A stretch of DNA of 64,000 nt from a virus (Duplodnaviria; Caudoviricetes): the IMG/VR virus record IMGVR_UViG_3300006467_000454, positions 1 to 64,000 of that record, one strand, 5' to 3'. Position 1 is the stretch's first letter. Every line of letters begins with the position of its first letter. Positions 16,927 through 27,484 of the stretch are shown in pieces. The notes beneath the pieces were generated by a model. That model saw only the letters and a list, made by a program, of their open reading frames with translations. It searched no databases and had not been told where the DNA came from. Position numbers and translations under genes: made by a program.

Positions 16927-19212
16927 ATGAGAATATTCAGAAGTACATCTGGTGTTTCTATGAGGGATAATAAATCACTCCCTGCAGGTGCGTATTCTTT
17001 AAGCGGAGACCCTGTAAATGGGACTTTAACCTTGGGGAGAGTGAATACCGATAGGAACGAATTCACCAATGTCCATTTTTCTATGATTTTTAGACAAGAT
17101 GGGACAGGGTTCACAACTTATCAAGATTGTTACGATTATGTACAGGAACAAATAAATTTTAGTGGGGGTGGTGGTTCAGTATTCAGTATAAGGGAAGATC
17201 GGTTCTTTGATACTGAAGCAGAAAGAGATGCAGCTATTCCATCACCTACCGAGGGAGAATATTGCGCATTATTAGTTACAGGTGAAACTTTCTACAGGAT
17301 CCAACGTTATGAAACTAATGCTTGGGTAGATAGGATTGAAATCGCTAGGGGACCGAAAGGGGATAAAGGTGATCAGGGGGATCCTGGGATAACACAGGCG
17401 CAAGCGGATACATTAACCTCATTAGAAACAGTCCAAGAAGGGAGGCTCCCTGTAAAAATATCGACAGGATACGGGAGTTCTTCATTAGAAGAAACTGATG
17501 ACTTAATGATCTTCCTTAAAACGGTTATGTTCCCTCCTGGATCATTTATGTTAGGGGATAGTATTGTATCTTCTGCTGCTAGGGGGATCGTGGCGACTTC
17601 ATTAACCACAGGAAGAAAAGGGATTTTTAATATTCAATTATTTGATGATTCTAGTTTCTCTAAGGCTACAGTTTTTGATGATACCCAAACAGTTACCACA
17701 GGGGATATCCAGATAACAGCCGATTCTGTGGCTTCTGGAAATGTTGAATTAAACTTCAGCACCCAAGTCCAAAATGATGTTCTATTTTTACTTGTGAGAT
17801 TTAAACCTGACGGTGGAGCCTTAACAGGGACTTTGAATTTCCAGATAAGGTTATCTGAGACTGGTAATACTGTATATGATGAGGATATCACATCTGCAGA
17901 TTTGACAGATATGGGGGGTGGTGTATTCCAATTTGCTATAGAAAATAACGGGATATTTGACGCAAATACAAGGATTTATATTAGGACTTCAGGTGCTTCT
18001 CTATTAGGGGGTGCGTTTGATGGTACAGATGGTATCAGATTTGGGGATACTTCTAATGGTAATTTCTTCCCTTATATTCAATCTGTGGTTTTACCTGTTG
18101 TAAGGCAAAATATTGCTACTGAAAATTTTGTAAATGATGGGTTATCTGGGAAAGAAGATGGTTTGGGAAATCCTACAAGTGATGGCCAGATACTAAGCTC
18201 AACTGCAGCAGGTGTTAGGTCATGGGTGAATCCATCTCCTGGGAGTGGAGCAGATAATGATGCTATCCATGATAACATCGCAGGAGAAATTGAAGCTATT
18301 TCAGAAAAAACTGATCCAGTAGGGGCGGATATAATCTTAATTGAAGATTCAGAAGATTCTAATAATAAGAAGAAAGTACAGATTGGGAATCTAGATACTG
18401 ATGATTCTGATGCGATTCATAATAATGTCGCAGGAGAAATTGATGCCATTACGGAAAAAACTACCATTCACAATGACGATATTGTTTTGATAGAAGATTC
18501 TGAGGATAGTAACAATAAGAAGAAAGTTTCTGTATCTACATTAACTGGTGGGCAAGCATACCATGCCCCTACTTTACAAAATTTCAATATTGATATTCCT
18601 AGCAGGGTAAATCTGGGGACAGATTTAAATGTGCAAAAACAAATAACTTTTGATGCCCATAATTCAGCAAACCTTACATCCTTACAACTTTTAGTTGTTA
18701 CTGGGGATAACAAAGTTATTTCTTTACCTATTTCAGATGGTGCAAATTCTGTCAATGTAACTCTTTCTGGAATTGTTACAAGTTCAAATGCAACCCTAAC
18801 ATTCCAATTATCAGGAACTGATTTACGATCAAACACTATAACGTCGAACACAGTGACTATAAACATAGCAGATGTTGCAGCCCATGAATACATTTATGAT
18901 GGGCTCAATTCAAGTAATGATTTCAGCACTGTGGATATATCTGGGTTTGACCAGCAAGAAGTTGGTTCTGCTACAGGGCAGACTTTATCAATATCCACTG
19001 GGGCAGTAACGTCGGGGCAGTATTTTGGCATTTTAACTAGGAATATCCATACCCTTACAATATTTGACACTGTTTTACAGCAGGATGTGACTAGTATTTT
19101 TACTAGAACTCAAGATGTCAGAACCATAGGGGGACAATCATTTGATTCCTATGTAATCGGACCATTGAATGCAGATTCAACAGGGCAAACTTATAATGTA
19201 ACTATAAATTAA
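16927..19212 (+). CDS. large structural fibre-like protein with a short collagen stretch and a 50-aa internal duplication
   Basis: GPKGDKGDQGDPG; DAIH.N.AGEI.AI.EKT...LIEDSEDSNNKKKV occurs twice (18259, 18409); T/S/G/N-rich. Confidence 0.65.
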   Translation: MRIFRSTSGVSMRDNKSLPAGAYSLSGDPVNGTLTLGRVNTDRNEFTNVHFSMIFRQDGTGFTTYQDCYDYVQEQINFSGGGGSVFSIREDRFFDTEAERDAAIPSPTEGEYCALLVTGETFYRIQRYETNAWVDRIEIARGPKGDKGDQGDPGITQAQADTLTSLETVQEGRLPVKISTGYGSSSLEETDDLMIFLKTVMFPPGSFMLGDSIVSSAARGIVATSLTTGRKGIFNIQLFDDSSFSKATVFDDTQTVTTGDIQITADSVASGNVELNFSTQVQNDVLFLLVRFKPDGGALTGTLNFQIRLSETGNTVYDEDITSADLTDMGGGVFQFAIENNGIFDANTRIYIRTSGASLLGGAFDGTDGIRFGDTSNGNFFPYIQSVVLPVVRQNIATENFVNDGLSGKEDGLGNPTSDGQILSSTAAGVRSWVNPSPGSGADNDAIHDNIAGEIEAISEKTDPVGADIILIEDSEDSNNKKKVQIGNLDTDDSDAIHNNVAGEIDAITEKTTIHNDDIVLIEDSEDSNNKKKVSVSTLTGGQAYHAPTLQNFNIDIPSRVNLGTDLNVQKQITFDAHNSANLTSLQLLVVTGDNKVISLPISDGANSVNVTLSGIVTSSNATLTFQLSGTDLRSNTITSNTVTINIADVAAHEYIYDGLNSSNDFSTVDISGFDQQEVGSATGQTLSISTGAVTSGQYFGILTRNIHTLTIFDTVLQQDVTSIFTRTQDVRTIGGQSFDSYVIGPLNADSTGQTYNVTIN

Positions 19213-19217
19213 AGGTT

Positions 19218-21638
19218 ATGGCAGATAGACAAATATTATATAGATTAAGGGCAGCCCTGCAAGGAGGTAAGGTTGCCGTGGCGAATGAAGTAGAACTTAT
19301 TGGAGCATATGCTGGGTTATTGAATGGGGTCAGTGATATTGGGACTGGATTTTCAAGAATAGATGGCACTGGGATTGGTTCAGCGATATTTACATTCTCA
19401 GGTAATTATTCAGCCCAAAGTTCTAATATCTCTGAATGGTTCGGGAGTAGGCAGCAAACTAGGCTTAGGTGTATATCAAATGCAGGGTTTGTCCCTGTAA
19501 CATTTACATTACCAGGAACTTCGGATTTGAATACCGCTTTTGATACTCTAGTTACCAACGGATTACCTGAGGTGATTAGATTTGTTATTGAATATACTGG
19601 GGGAAGCTCTACATTCTTGAGGATAGTCCCTAGGGCTGCACCATCACCCCAAATTGGAGGGGCTACATCTATTGTTGTTAGGAGTGGGATAGCTGCTACG
19701 GTTGAAGTAACAAGGACAAGTGGCACTATTTCTGACTATGTGTTCCAGTCTATTGGCGGGATCAGTGATGTTAGTGGGAGTACTTTAGAGGCTATTAAGC
19801 TCATAAACCCAACTCGGGATAATTGGGATGCTTCCCCGACAGGGGTATTACCAACCCAAGTTGTAAAAGGCAATGCGTATAAAGTTGTTAATGCCCCCGC
19901 AGATGGATCTGGGAGATTTGGGGAAGTTATGCAGAATGGAGATTGGGTAGTTTGGGAAGGAGAGACATTTACGAGTTGGTCTGCTACTCCCCATCAATGG
20001 TTTGTTTTACCAGCCCATGAAGTGAGGAGGATTTCAGCTTTAGAGCAAGATTTTTTAACTGATATCCAGATAACCCCACAAGGCACAAGGAATTCAGTTA
20101 CAAGGGGGGCTGATTATGCTGATAATGCTGGAGAAATTAGGCTTAAAATCTATATGCCACCTGAGACTTATGATGCGGCAGATTTAAATATTAATGGCGA
20201 TATTGACGAGTATGTGAATGCTAGTAATATCCATGGTAAACTTGCTATAAGGCTAGCAGGGACGCAATCTTCATTATCTGCTGTCCTTCCAACTTTGTAT
20301 GTTTATAGTGAGGATTCTAATGGTAATTTCACAAGGCTTGGGAATTTAGCCACTGACTTTGTTCATCAAGGTGATTTTGGTACTGAAAGTGATTATTTAT
20401 CCGTAGAAGACGTCCTTTATACAGCTGGGGATACTATTAGAATATATCTAGGATCTGTGATTGATAGGTATAATAATCCAAATTTGGATATTTTTGAAAT
20501 TAATCTTTCTGATGCATTGCAGTCTAAGGTTAACCAACGTGAAGCATGGGCAAGTATAGCTGAGGTGTTATTCTCAGGTGCTACTGTTCGTGATATTCAT
20601 TTGGCTGATAGAATTGCGTATGATACTGGATACTCAAGGGGTATTGACTGGCGTGATATGGCAAATTCAACAACCATAAATGCCAATAGATACATTGATG
20701 ATGCTTTGACTATTTCAGCAAATAATGCTGCATTTACTATTAATGGCTTTGGAGTACTTGATAAGAGACTATGCTTAGTTCAATTGCAGCGTAATGATGC
20801 CCAGACTGGTGATGGTGCTTTAGTTGAGCTTGGCTTAGGAACACCTTTCGTTCGTGTGAATACATCCAATGAGATTCAAGTAAATACAACTCCTGGGTCT
20901 GGTTCTGAGAATTGGGAATCCTTTAATGCAGGATCACTTACTAATCCAACTATAGGTACAGGCATCAATTATTTAGTGTTTGAATTATTGCCGTTATCGG
21001 CAGCAAACAGTTTTGAAGTGGTTGCTGCTTTATATGATGGTACTACTTATACTCAGTTAAACAACATAGACTTTACGATATCAGGTAGTGTAACAGGCGA
21101 TGATATGGGATTTTCAAGAAGTTCAATTCAACGTGGGCAGTTACTTAGATTCAGTGCAATTAATAGTCCAGGATATTTAAGACACTCGCAATTGCAAGCC
21201 TTATTACAGCAACATGTTAATGACAAATGGAATTTTGGTTTTGCAAGATTGATTGAAGGTTCAGATGTAAAAGAGGTTGTCTTCTCTACAGAATTGGGGC
21301 TACCATTGGGGTCAATGATAGGTAATGGGCTTATCCCTAAAGCCGAATCTGTGGTCTATGAAGCCACTGGAACGGGAACAACAAGTGGGGAATTGGTTAG
21401 CTCGGTAGCTTTACCAGAAAATTACCTTGATTTCAAATATATCCACGTAACAGAATATGATGTTTCGAGTTTACAATGGAGGCATTCTGAATTCCCTACT
21501 TCAATATTGGCTCATGTGGATGCTAATGATAATATAAGGTTACAGGGCAATACTGTCATGTCCTGGGCATCAGGGACGAGAACTTTAGCTATGAACCCAT
21601 CAGCCCAAGAGATATTCAGGGTTAGTTTGAAAGATTAA
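19218..21638 (+). CDS. large beta-rich putative structural protein
   Basis: 806 aa, G/S/T-rich; KGNAYKV...GDWVVWEG..W module typical of phage fibre proteins. Confidence 0.6.
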   Translation: MADRQILYRLRAALQGGKVAVANEVELIGAYAGLLNGVSDIGTGFSRIDGTGIGSAIFTFSGNYSAQSSNISEWFGSRQQTRLRCISNAGFVPVTFTLPGTSDLNTAFDTLVTNGLPEVIRFVIEYTGGSSTFLRIVPRAAPSPQIGGATSIVVRSGIAATVEVTRTSGTISDYVFQSIGGISDVSGSTLEAIKLINPTRDNWDASPTGVLPTQVVKGNAYKVVNAPADGSGRFGEVMQNGDWVVWEGETFTSWSATPHQWFVLPAHEVRRISALEQDFLTDIQITPQGTRNSVTRGADYADNAGEIRLKIYMPPETYDAADLNINGDIDEYVNASNIHGKLAIRLAGTQSSLSAVLPTLYVYSEDSNGNFTRLGNLATDFVHQGDFGTESDYLSVEDVLYTAGDTIRIYLGSVIDRYNNPNLDIFEINLSDALQSKVNQREAWASIAEVLFSGATVRDIHLADRIAYDTGYSRGIDWRDMANSTTINANRYIDDALTISANNAAFTINGFGVLDKRLCLVQLQRNDAQTGDGALVELGLGTPFVRVNTSNEIQVNTTPGSGSENWESFNAGSLTNPTIGTGINYLVFELLPLSAANSFEVVAALYDGTTYTQLNNIDFTISGSVTGDDMGFSRSSIQRGQLLRFSAINSPGYLRHSQLQALLQQHVNDKWNFGFARLIEGSDVKEVVFSTELGLPLGSMIGNGLIPKAESVVYEATGTGTTSGELVSSVALPENYLDFKYIHVTEYDVSSLQWRHSEFPTSILAHVDANDNIRLQGNTVMSWASGTRTLAMNPSAQEIFRVSLKD

Positions 21639-21718
21639 TATTTAAAATGTGAATAATTTTTTATATATTTAAACTTTAATAGAATGACTTTAACCGTGGA
21701 TAACAAAAATTTATAATT

Positions 21719-21820
21719 ATGCCTATATTTGGGGAAAGACCTAAGAAGCCTAAAGATAAAGAAGGGGAAACTCCTTCTACTGGTGAAAGTGAAGAAACAG
21801 AAGAGAAAAAAGATGAATAA
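21719..21820 (+). CDS. small charged protein
   Basis: MPIFGERPKKPKDKEGE..., 33 aa; overlaps the next ATG. Confidence 0.4.
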   Translation: MPIFGERPKKPKDKEGETPSTGESEETEEKKDE

Positions 21821-22199
21821 ATTCATAAAAAATAATATTGATATTTTTATCATCTTCTTGTTATTAGTCCTAGGGAGTAATGCTCATGTATTACTCCAAG
21901 GGCTTTTACCAAAAGCTGACCCAATGGACATTTATCTTGCTGCTCAGCAATTTAGTGGGGGGTCTGTATTGATGTTATTTGTTTATTTCTTAAAGGTTGA
22001 GAAAAAGAATGTTTTCAAAAAGGCTTTAGCATTAACCCTTTTTATTTTGTCTGTGTTGGCTTTTATTGGGGAAGTATGTAATATTTTTCAAATCCCATTC
22101 CTTGACCAAACAAATAAGGGGGTATTTTTGATAGGTGAATTTGCCTTTTTCTTCATTGTATTAATCATTGGTGTTGTACGGTACAAAAGAGACTCCTGA
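21813..22199 (+). CDS. multi-TM membrane protein
   Basis: Four hydrophobic segments; ATG 21813 is more plausible than TTG 21729. Confidence 0.6.
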   Translation: MNKFIKNNIDIFIIFLLLVLGSNAHVLLQGLLPKADPMDIYLAAQQFSGGSVLMLFVYFLKVEKKNVFKKALALTLFILSVLAFIGEVCNIFQIPFLDQTNKGVFLIGEFAFFFIVLIIGVVRYKRDS

Positions 22200-22344
22200 T
22201 GTGGATTTATTTTTAGCATTGTTAAGCCCAATTATTTGTGGGTTTATTGTTTATTTTTATGTACGTTTCGTAATATGCGTTAAAAGTAAGGAGATTCATT
22301 CCCTAAACGTAAAATTGAGGAAATTATCAAATCTTGTTAATAAG

Positions 22345-22551
22345 ATGGGAAAAGATTCAAAAGCAGATGAATTAATATTGCAGTTTTTAGGCACGATGCA
22401 GACTGATATTAAGGAAATCAAAGCAGATGTCACCGCTTTAAAAGTGGAAGTGGGTAAATTAAAAGTGAAGTCCGGATTCTACGGATTCCTTGGTGGGGCG
22501 ATCGCCCTAGTGCCGTCAATAATTATTTATTTTATAAAAGTCGCAGCATGA
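22345..22551 (+). CDS. small coiled-coil + C-terminal TM protein (XhlA/holin-like)
   Basis: DIKEIKADVTALKVEV followed by a TM segment. The ORF track extends it to 22168. Confidence 0.5.
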   Translation: MGKDSKADELILQFLGTMQTDIKEIKADVTALKVEVGKLKVKSGFYGFLGGAIALVPSIIIYFIKVAA

Positions 22552-23117
22552 TGGATTATTCAGAAAAATTAGACCAGAAGTTAGAAACAATGAGGAGTGT
22601 ATTTTTTCAATTATCTCCTGAGGCTGAAGAAATCCAAAAAGGGATCGTTGATGATTTGAGTCATGGGGTAAGGGAAGGGCAAATGAATATTTCCAAAAAA
22701 GGCTCTGAGATTAAGGAAAAATTGACTGGGATGTTAGCCATCTATAAATTGAAAAAGATGGAAATTATGGCATCAATGAAAATGTGTGTTAAGGAAATCG
22801 GTGTGCAACCTGATGAAGTGAATAGTTCTTATCAATTAAAGAAGTACAAACATTTAATTGATAAAGTTCCTTATTTGTACAGTTATTCTCAAATATACCC
22901 ACAGGCTGAAAGCCCATCCCCAGCACAAATTGACGTTGCAAAGTCGCAGCAAATTTCTCAAGAAATGCGTGGGAAAATGCAAAGATACAATAATTTTGCA
23001 CGTGATTATATTGAAAAATGTATTGAAGTGTTAAAAATTCAAACTGTTGTCAATAATATTGGTGACAAAAAGAGTTATAATTTGACAATAAATACAGCAA
23101 CAAGACTTGGATTTTAA
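22548..23117 (+). CDS. hypothetical, probable internal head protein
   Basis: Head-module position; IQKG and VAKS motifs. Confidence 0.55.
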   Translation: MMDYSEKLDQKLETMRSVFFQLSPEAEEIQKGIVDDLSHGVREGQMNISKKGSEIKEKLTGMLAIYKLKKMEIMASMKMCVKEIGVQPDEVNSSYQLKKYKHLIDKVPYLYSYSQIYPQAESPSPAQIDVAKSQQISQEMRGKMQRYNNFARDYIEKCIEVLKIQTVVNNIGDKKSYNLTINTATRLGF

Positions 23118-23121
23118 GATT

Positions 23122-25530
23122 ATGGATTTTAAGATAATATCAAATATTTTAGGGCTTAACCGTTTAGAAAGTAAACTGGAAAGGCTTGACCAGATAAAGA
23201 AGAGCCTTTCTTCCTTGAAAGTTAGGATTGATGACCTTAGTAATGATTACCAAAAGAATTTACACCAACATAAGGTTAGAAAAAGTGGGGAAGATAACGA
23301 AGAAATACTAAAAAGTATTGATTCTCGTTGGGATTCTTTTATGTCACATTATTCAAAAGAATTATCAGGGGTGTACACTGAAAAGAAAACCCTTGAAAAA
23401 GAGATGGAATCGATCCTTTCGAATCCTAAAGTTTCTCAGGTAATAGAAAAGGCTGAAAAAGAACTTAAAGAGTTTAATCTCCTTAAAAAGACCTTTAAAT
23501 TTGGCTTTATGTCTTTAGAGGAATTTTCTAAAGCGAGAAAAGCCAAAATTAAATATTCTGATATTATAGTCCTTAATGAAAAAGGGCAGCTCCTTTTATT
23601 AAAGAGGAGTATGTTTGAGGATACGCATAAGGGTGCTTGGGTAATTCCTGGGGGTCATGTTGATCCTGGAGAAGATTTTGAAACTGCTGCTAAAAGGGAA
23701 TTGGTTGAAGAATCAGGACTTTCAGTTACAAAAATGAAGGAAGTTGGCATCCATAAGGATTCTTTTGTGGAGATACATTATTTCCAAACAGAGGTTAATT
23801 CTCTTGAAAAACCTGTCGTTTTAGAATTCCTAGAAACTAGGGATTACCGTTGGGTTGATTTAGATCAAGTTGATGAATATGAAATGGTGTTTAACATGAA
23901 AAAGAATGTTATGGAAATATTAGGCATTAAGCCTAATAAAGCCAAGATCATTAAATCAATGGAGACAATTTGTAAGGCTTATTTAGATGGTCATGTCAGT
24001 ATTGATGTTATCAAGAAAGCCCAAACAAAAGCCCAAACAGATAAGATATCTACTGTCATGAGTGAATTTAAGGCAGGGGATTTGGTAACAAGTTCTGGTG
24101 CTAAAGTAACGGATAAGAAACAGGCGATTGCTATTGCTTTATCAGAAGCTGGGTTGAAGAAAGCTGAAGAATCAAAAGTACCTGCCAAAGAAGAGAAATC
24201 CAAAGGGGGTTGGAAAGAACATCTTGCGGATATGATTGTTGAACATGAGAGATTGGTTAAAGTATTTTCTGATATCAAGAACCCTAGTGATACGGTCAAA
24301 AAAGAACTGGAAACCCAGAAAAAAGAACTGGAAAAGTACAGGAAAGAATTAAAAGAATTAGAAAAATCAGAATTGGCCACTTTAGAAAAGGCATTTGATT
24401 CAGGTTTGATTAGTGAAGATATTATTCAGAAAGCACGGACTGGGGTTTATGCGGATAATTCTGTAAATAGGAAATTGAAAAGGGTTGGCCAAAAATACGG
24501 CTCTGATAAAAAAGAAGAAGCCCCCTCAAGTGGTTCCGATAAAAAAAAAGAGGAGCCTGAAAAATCTACTTCTAAAACTCCTTTGGCGGATCAGGCAAAA
24601 GAAGCAAGTGGCAGTGCTTTAGAAGTAGCTGCAAAAGAAGCAAAAGACTCTGAGGTTCGTTCTGCTGCCCATCAGGAGCTTGATAGGCGAGAAAAAGAAG
24701 AAAAGGTTCAAGAAGAATCAACTGAAGCCCCTAAAGGGGAAAAGAAAGCCGAAGAATCCAAAGAAGGGGCTACGGATGATACCACAGCGGAAGGCTTGAA
24801 AGAAAAGTTAAGGGAATTGAGAAATGCGGACATTGATTATTCAGATACGAAGGCAATGGACGAAAATATACAGCAGATAAATAGCATCATGAAAGAATTG
24901 AAAGCCCTTGAACAAAAGGCTCAAAGTTCTAGAAGGGAGTCTACAGAAGGGCTCCGGAAAGGGTTCAAAAATTTCAATGAAGGCGGTAAATTTAATCTTG
25001 GTAAGGCAAGGAATTTTTATGACAAAGGTTCAGCGGATTCTGAAACTAATTTATCCCAGAATTTTATGCAGAAAAAAGCATTGGATATGTATATTGAAGA
25101 TGGTTATGAAGCTGTAAGGGAATACCTCACTAATGGGGAGGTAAAAGAAGATACATTAGATTTGCAAGAAGGGTTCCAGTTCAATGTCAACAACGACACT
25201 ATGAAAACAGCGACTGATGCAATATCTGCTTTCATAAAAGGCAATAAGATTACAGAGAATATATCCCTTAACAGGAGGGTATGGGGCGATGCTGAAGAAT
25301 TTTTCTCAAGCTTAAATGTTGGGGATGAATATGAGGATAAATCATTTAGCTCAACTTCTTTAAAGGAAATTACTCATTTTGGGAAATTCAATATAGAAAT
25401 TTTGGCAAAGTCGGGTAGCAACGTGGCTAATGTTGGTAATCCTGGAGAATTAGAATATTTGATTGATAAAGGTGCAAAATTTAAAGTACTCGAAAAACAG
25501 GAAAAGGGCATAATAGTTGAATTATTATAA
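23122..25530 (+). CDS. multidomain Nudix hydrolase + DUF6496-like + ADP-ribosyltransferase protein
   Basis: Nudix box GGHVDPGEDFETAAKRELVEESGL; KISTVMSEFKAG.L..SSG.KVTDKKQAIAIALSEA; R-STS-ExE ART motifs LNRRV, FSSTS, GELEYL. Confidence 0.85.
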   Translation: MDFKIISNILGLNRLESKLERLDQIKKSLSSLKVRIDDLSNDYQKNLHQHKVRKSGEDNEEILKSIDSRWDSFMSHYSKELSGVYTEKKTLEKEMESILSNPKVSQVIEKAEKELKEFNLLKKTFKFGFMSLEEFSKARKAKIKYSDIIVLNEKGQLLLLKRSMFEDTHKGAWVIPGGHVDPGEDFETAAKRELVEESGLSVTKMKEVGIHKDSFVEIHYFQTEVNSLEKPVVLEFLETRDYRWVDLDQVDEYEMVFNMKKNVMEILGIKPNKAKIIKSMETICKAYLDGHVSIDVIKKAQTKAQTDKISTVMSEFKAGDLVTSSGAKVTDKKQAIAIALSEAGLKKAEESKVPAKEEKSKGGWKEHLADMIVEHERLVKVFSDIKNPSDTVKKELETQKKELEKYRKELKELEKSELATLEKAFDSGLISEDIIQKARTGVYADNSVNRKLKRVGQKYGSDKKEEAPSSGSDKKKEEPEKSTSKTPLADQAKEASGSALEVAAKEAKDSEVRSAAHQELDRREKEEKVQEESTEAPKGEKKAEESKEGATDDTTAEGLKEKLRELRNADIDYSDTKAMDENIQQINSIMKELKALEQKAQSSRRESTEGLRKGFKNFNEGGKFNLGKARNFYDKGSADSETNLSQNFMQKKALDMYIEDGYEAVREYLTNGEVKEDTLDLQEGFQFNVNNDTMKTATDAISAFIKGNKITENISLNRRVWGDAEEFFSSLNVGDEYEDKSFSSTSLKEITHFGKFNIEILAKSGSNVANVGNPGELEYLIDKGAKFKVLEKQEKGIIVELL

Positions 25531-25532
25531 TT

Positions 25533-25652
25533 ATGGCAAAAGAGAATAAAAAAAGCAGATTTGCTTATGATGCCGAATCTGTTAAAAGCTTGAAAAAAGT
25601 GAAAGAATCCGGAGAAAACAAGAAAGAGAAAACGGATGACTCAGAGAAGTGA
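25533..25652 (+). CDS. small basic protein
   Basis: 39-aa ORF between the ART-domain and protease genes. Confidence 0.4.
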   Translation: MAKENKKSRFAYDAESVKSLKKVKESGENKKEKTDDSEK

Positions 25653-26442
25653 CGAATTTAATTTCTTTATCCCTTGTGATATAGAGAAATCTAAAAACAA
25701 GAAAGGTGAAGATGTTATGCGTGTTAAGGGCATAGCCTCTACTCCGGATGAAGATAGTCAAGGGGAATATCTAGACCCCAAAGGCTTTGACCTAAGTAGA
25801 TTTGTTGATAGTGGATACATCAACTATAACCATTTTGGCAAGACAGATCCTGGGATGATTATTGGGGAACCAGATAAAGCCGAGGTTACAAATAAGGGGC
25901 TTTATATCGAAGGATTCCTTTACAACGGCTCAGCTCAAGCAAAAAGAGTTTGGGAGCTTGGCAATATCTTGAACAAATCTTCAAAAAATCGCAAATTAGG
26001 TTGGTCAATTGAGGGTAGGGCTATACAGCGAGACCCAATCAACCCTAAGAAAATCACTAAGGCGTTGATAACAGGTGTTGCGATAACACCATCCCCAGTG
26101 AACAAGAACACATTTGTTGATATTGTGAAGGGTGAACAGAAAGAAGATTTCATTGAATACCAATATGATGTCAAGAAAAATGAAAATGGGGATTTCCTTT
26201 TAGAAATTGAAAAAGGGGGGAAAACTTATGTTTTAAGGAAAGATTTCACCCTTGAAGAAGTAACCAAAGCGATGACAACTTCTAATACAGCCCCTCTTAT
26301 TCCAGAGAGTTTGGATAAAGAAGTGAAGGATGTTGCTGTATTTAAAGGTATGGCAGATTCAATCAGTAAGGCTATAGAATTGGACATCTTAACTGATGAC
26401 CAAAAATATAAAGCAAAAAATTATCTCATGAATCTTTTGTAA
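25636..26442 (+). CDS. prohead protease
   Basis: GIASTPDEDSQGE, INYNH, IGEP, LGWSIEG, VAITPSPVN. Confidence 0.9.
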   Translation: MTQRSDEFNFFIPCDIEKSKNKKGEDVMRVKGIASTPDEDSQGEYLDPKGFDLSRFVDSGYINYNHFGKTDPGMIIGEPDKAEVTNKGLYIEGFLYNGSAQAKRVWELGNILNKSSKNRKLGWSIEGRAIQRDPINPKKITKALITGVAITPSPVNKNTFVDIVKGEQKEDFIEYQYDVKKNENGDFLLEIEKGGKTYVLRKDFTLEEVTKAMTTSNTAPLIPESLDKEVKDVAVFKGMADSISKAIELDILTDDQKYKAKNYLMNLL

Positions 26443-26552
26443 AGTTAATTCCATTTATTAACTTTATCTCGTTATCTACAAGAGATAATTCAATTCGTAA
26501 AATTTTAACTCCGTAACATTAATTTCGATTCTTATTCTCAAAAGAATAATTA

Positions 26553-27473
26553 ATGGAAGAAAATAAAGAAAAACTTAATCAGGAAGAACTTGATGAGTTA
26601 AGAAAGTCTCTCTCTAATATATTTCCAGAAGATGAAGTTAATTCTATCATTGAAAAAGCTGAGAAAGAAAATATGGGGAAGAAAAAGCCTATGTACGATG
26701 ATGATATGATGAAAGCCTATAACACCATGAAAGGTAAAATGGACATGATGAAAAAGGCGATGGATCAGTATAACATCATGAAAGGTGACATGGATGAGAT
26801 GTCTAAGGCTATGGACAAAGGTGAGTACATGAAGGATATGAAAGACCGCATGGGGAAAATGGAAAAAGCCATGACGGAATTTCAAGACATGTACGGGAAT
26901 TTAACTGGTACTGGTGCCCATGGTGATGACCTTAAAAAATCCGAAAAAGATGATCTGAATAAATCCGAAAAAGAGGATAAGGAAGATTTAGAAAAATCTG
27001 AAAAAGACGATCTGAACAAAACCGAAAAAGAAACTACTGCTGATGAGCTTTTAAAATCTTTTGATTTTGGTAAGATTGCCAGTGATGCGATTGAGAAATC
27101 TCTAGAAGGGCTTAACCTTGATTCCAAATTTAGTGAGATATCCAACCAGCTTCAAGCCACAAACGAAAAATACGAAAAAATTGAGAAATCCATTACTGAT
27201 ATGGCTAATGCTCCATTTGGTAAAATGAAAGCGATGAATTCGCTTAATTTCATCCAAAATGGGGAAGAAAAGACCGAAGATGGAAAGAGAATTATTCGTA
27301 AATCTGAAAAGACAAAAGTTATTGATGAATTAGAAAAGGCATTTGAAAGTGATCTTGGAGATCATGACAAAGATGTTATCTCTAAGGCTATCAGCAATTT
27401 TGTTGTTAGTGGCAACTTATCTAAAGAAGCAATCGGAATACTCGGAGAGAAAAACGGAGTTGAAATAGCTTAA
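26553..27473 (+). CDS. scaffolding-like protein
   Basis: Lies between protease and MCP; coiled coil, Met-rich segment, tandem DDL.KSEK repeats. Confidence 0.7.
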   Translation: MEENKEKLNQEELDELRKSLSNIFPEDEVNSIIEKAEKENMGKKKPMYDDDMMKAYNTMKGKMDMMKKAMDQYNIMKGDMDEMSKAMDKGEYMKDMKDRMGKMEKAMTEFQDMYGNLTGTGAHGDDLKKSEKDDLNKSEKEDKEDLEKSEKDDLNKTEKETTADELLKSFDFGKIASDAIEKSLEGLNLDSKFSEISNQLQATNEKYEKIEKSITDMANAPFGKMKAMNSLNFIQNGEEKTEDGKRIIRKSEKTKVIDELEKAFESDLGDHDKDVISKAISNFVVSGNLSKEAIGILGEKNGVEIA

Positions 27474-27484
27474 TTTAAATAAAA

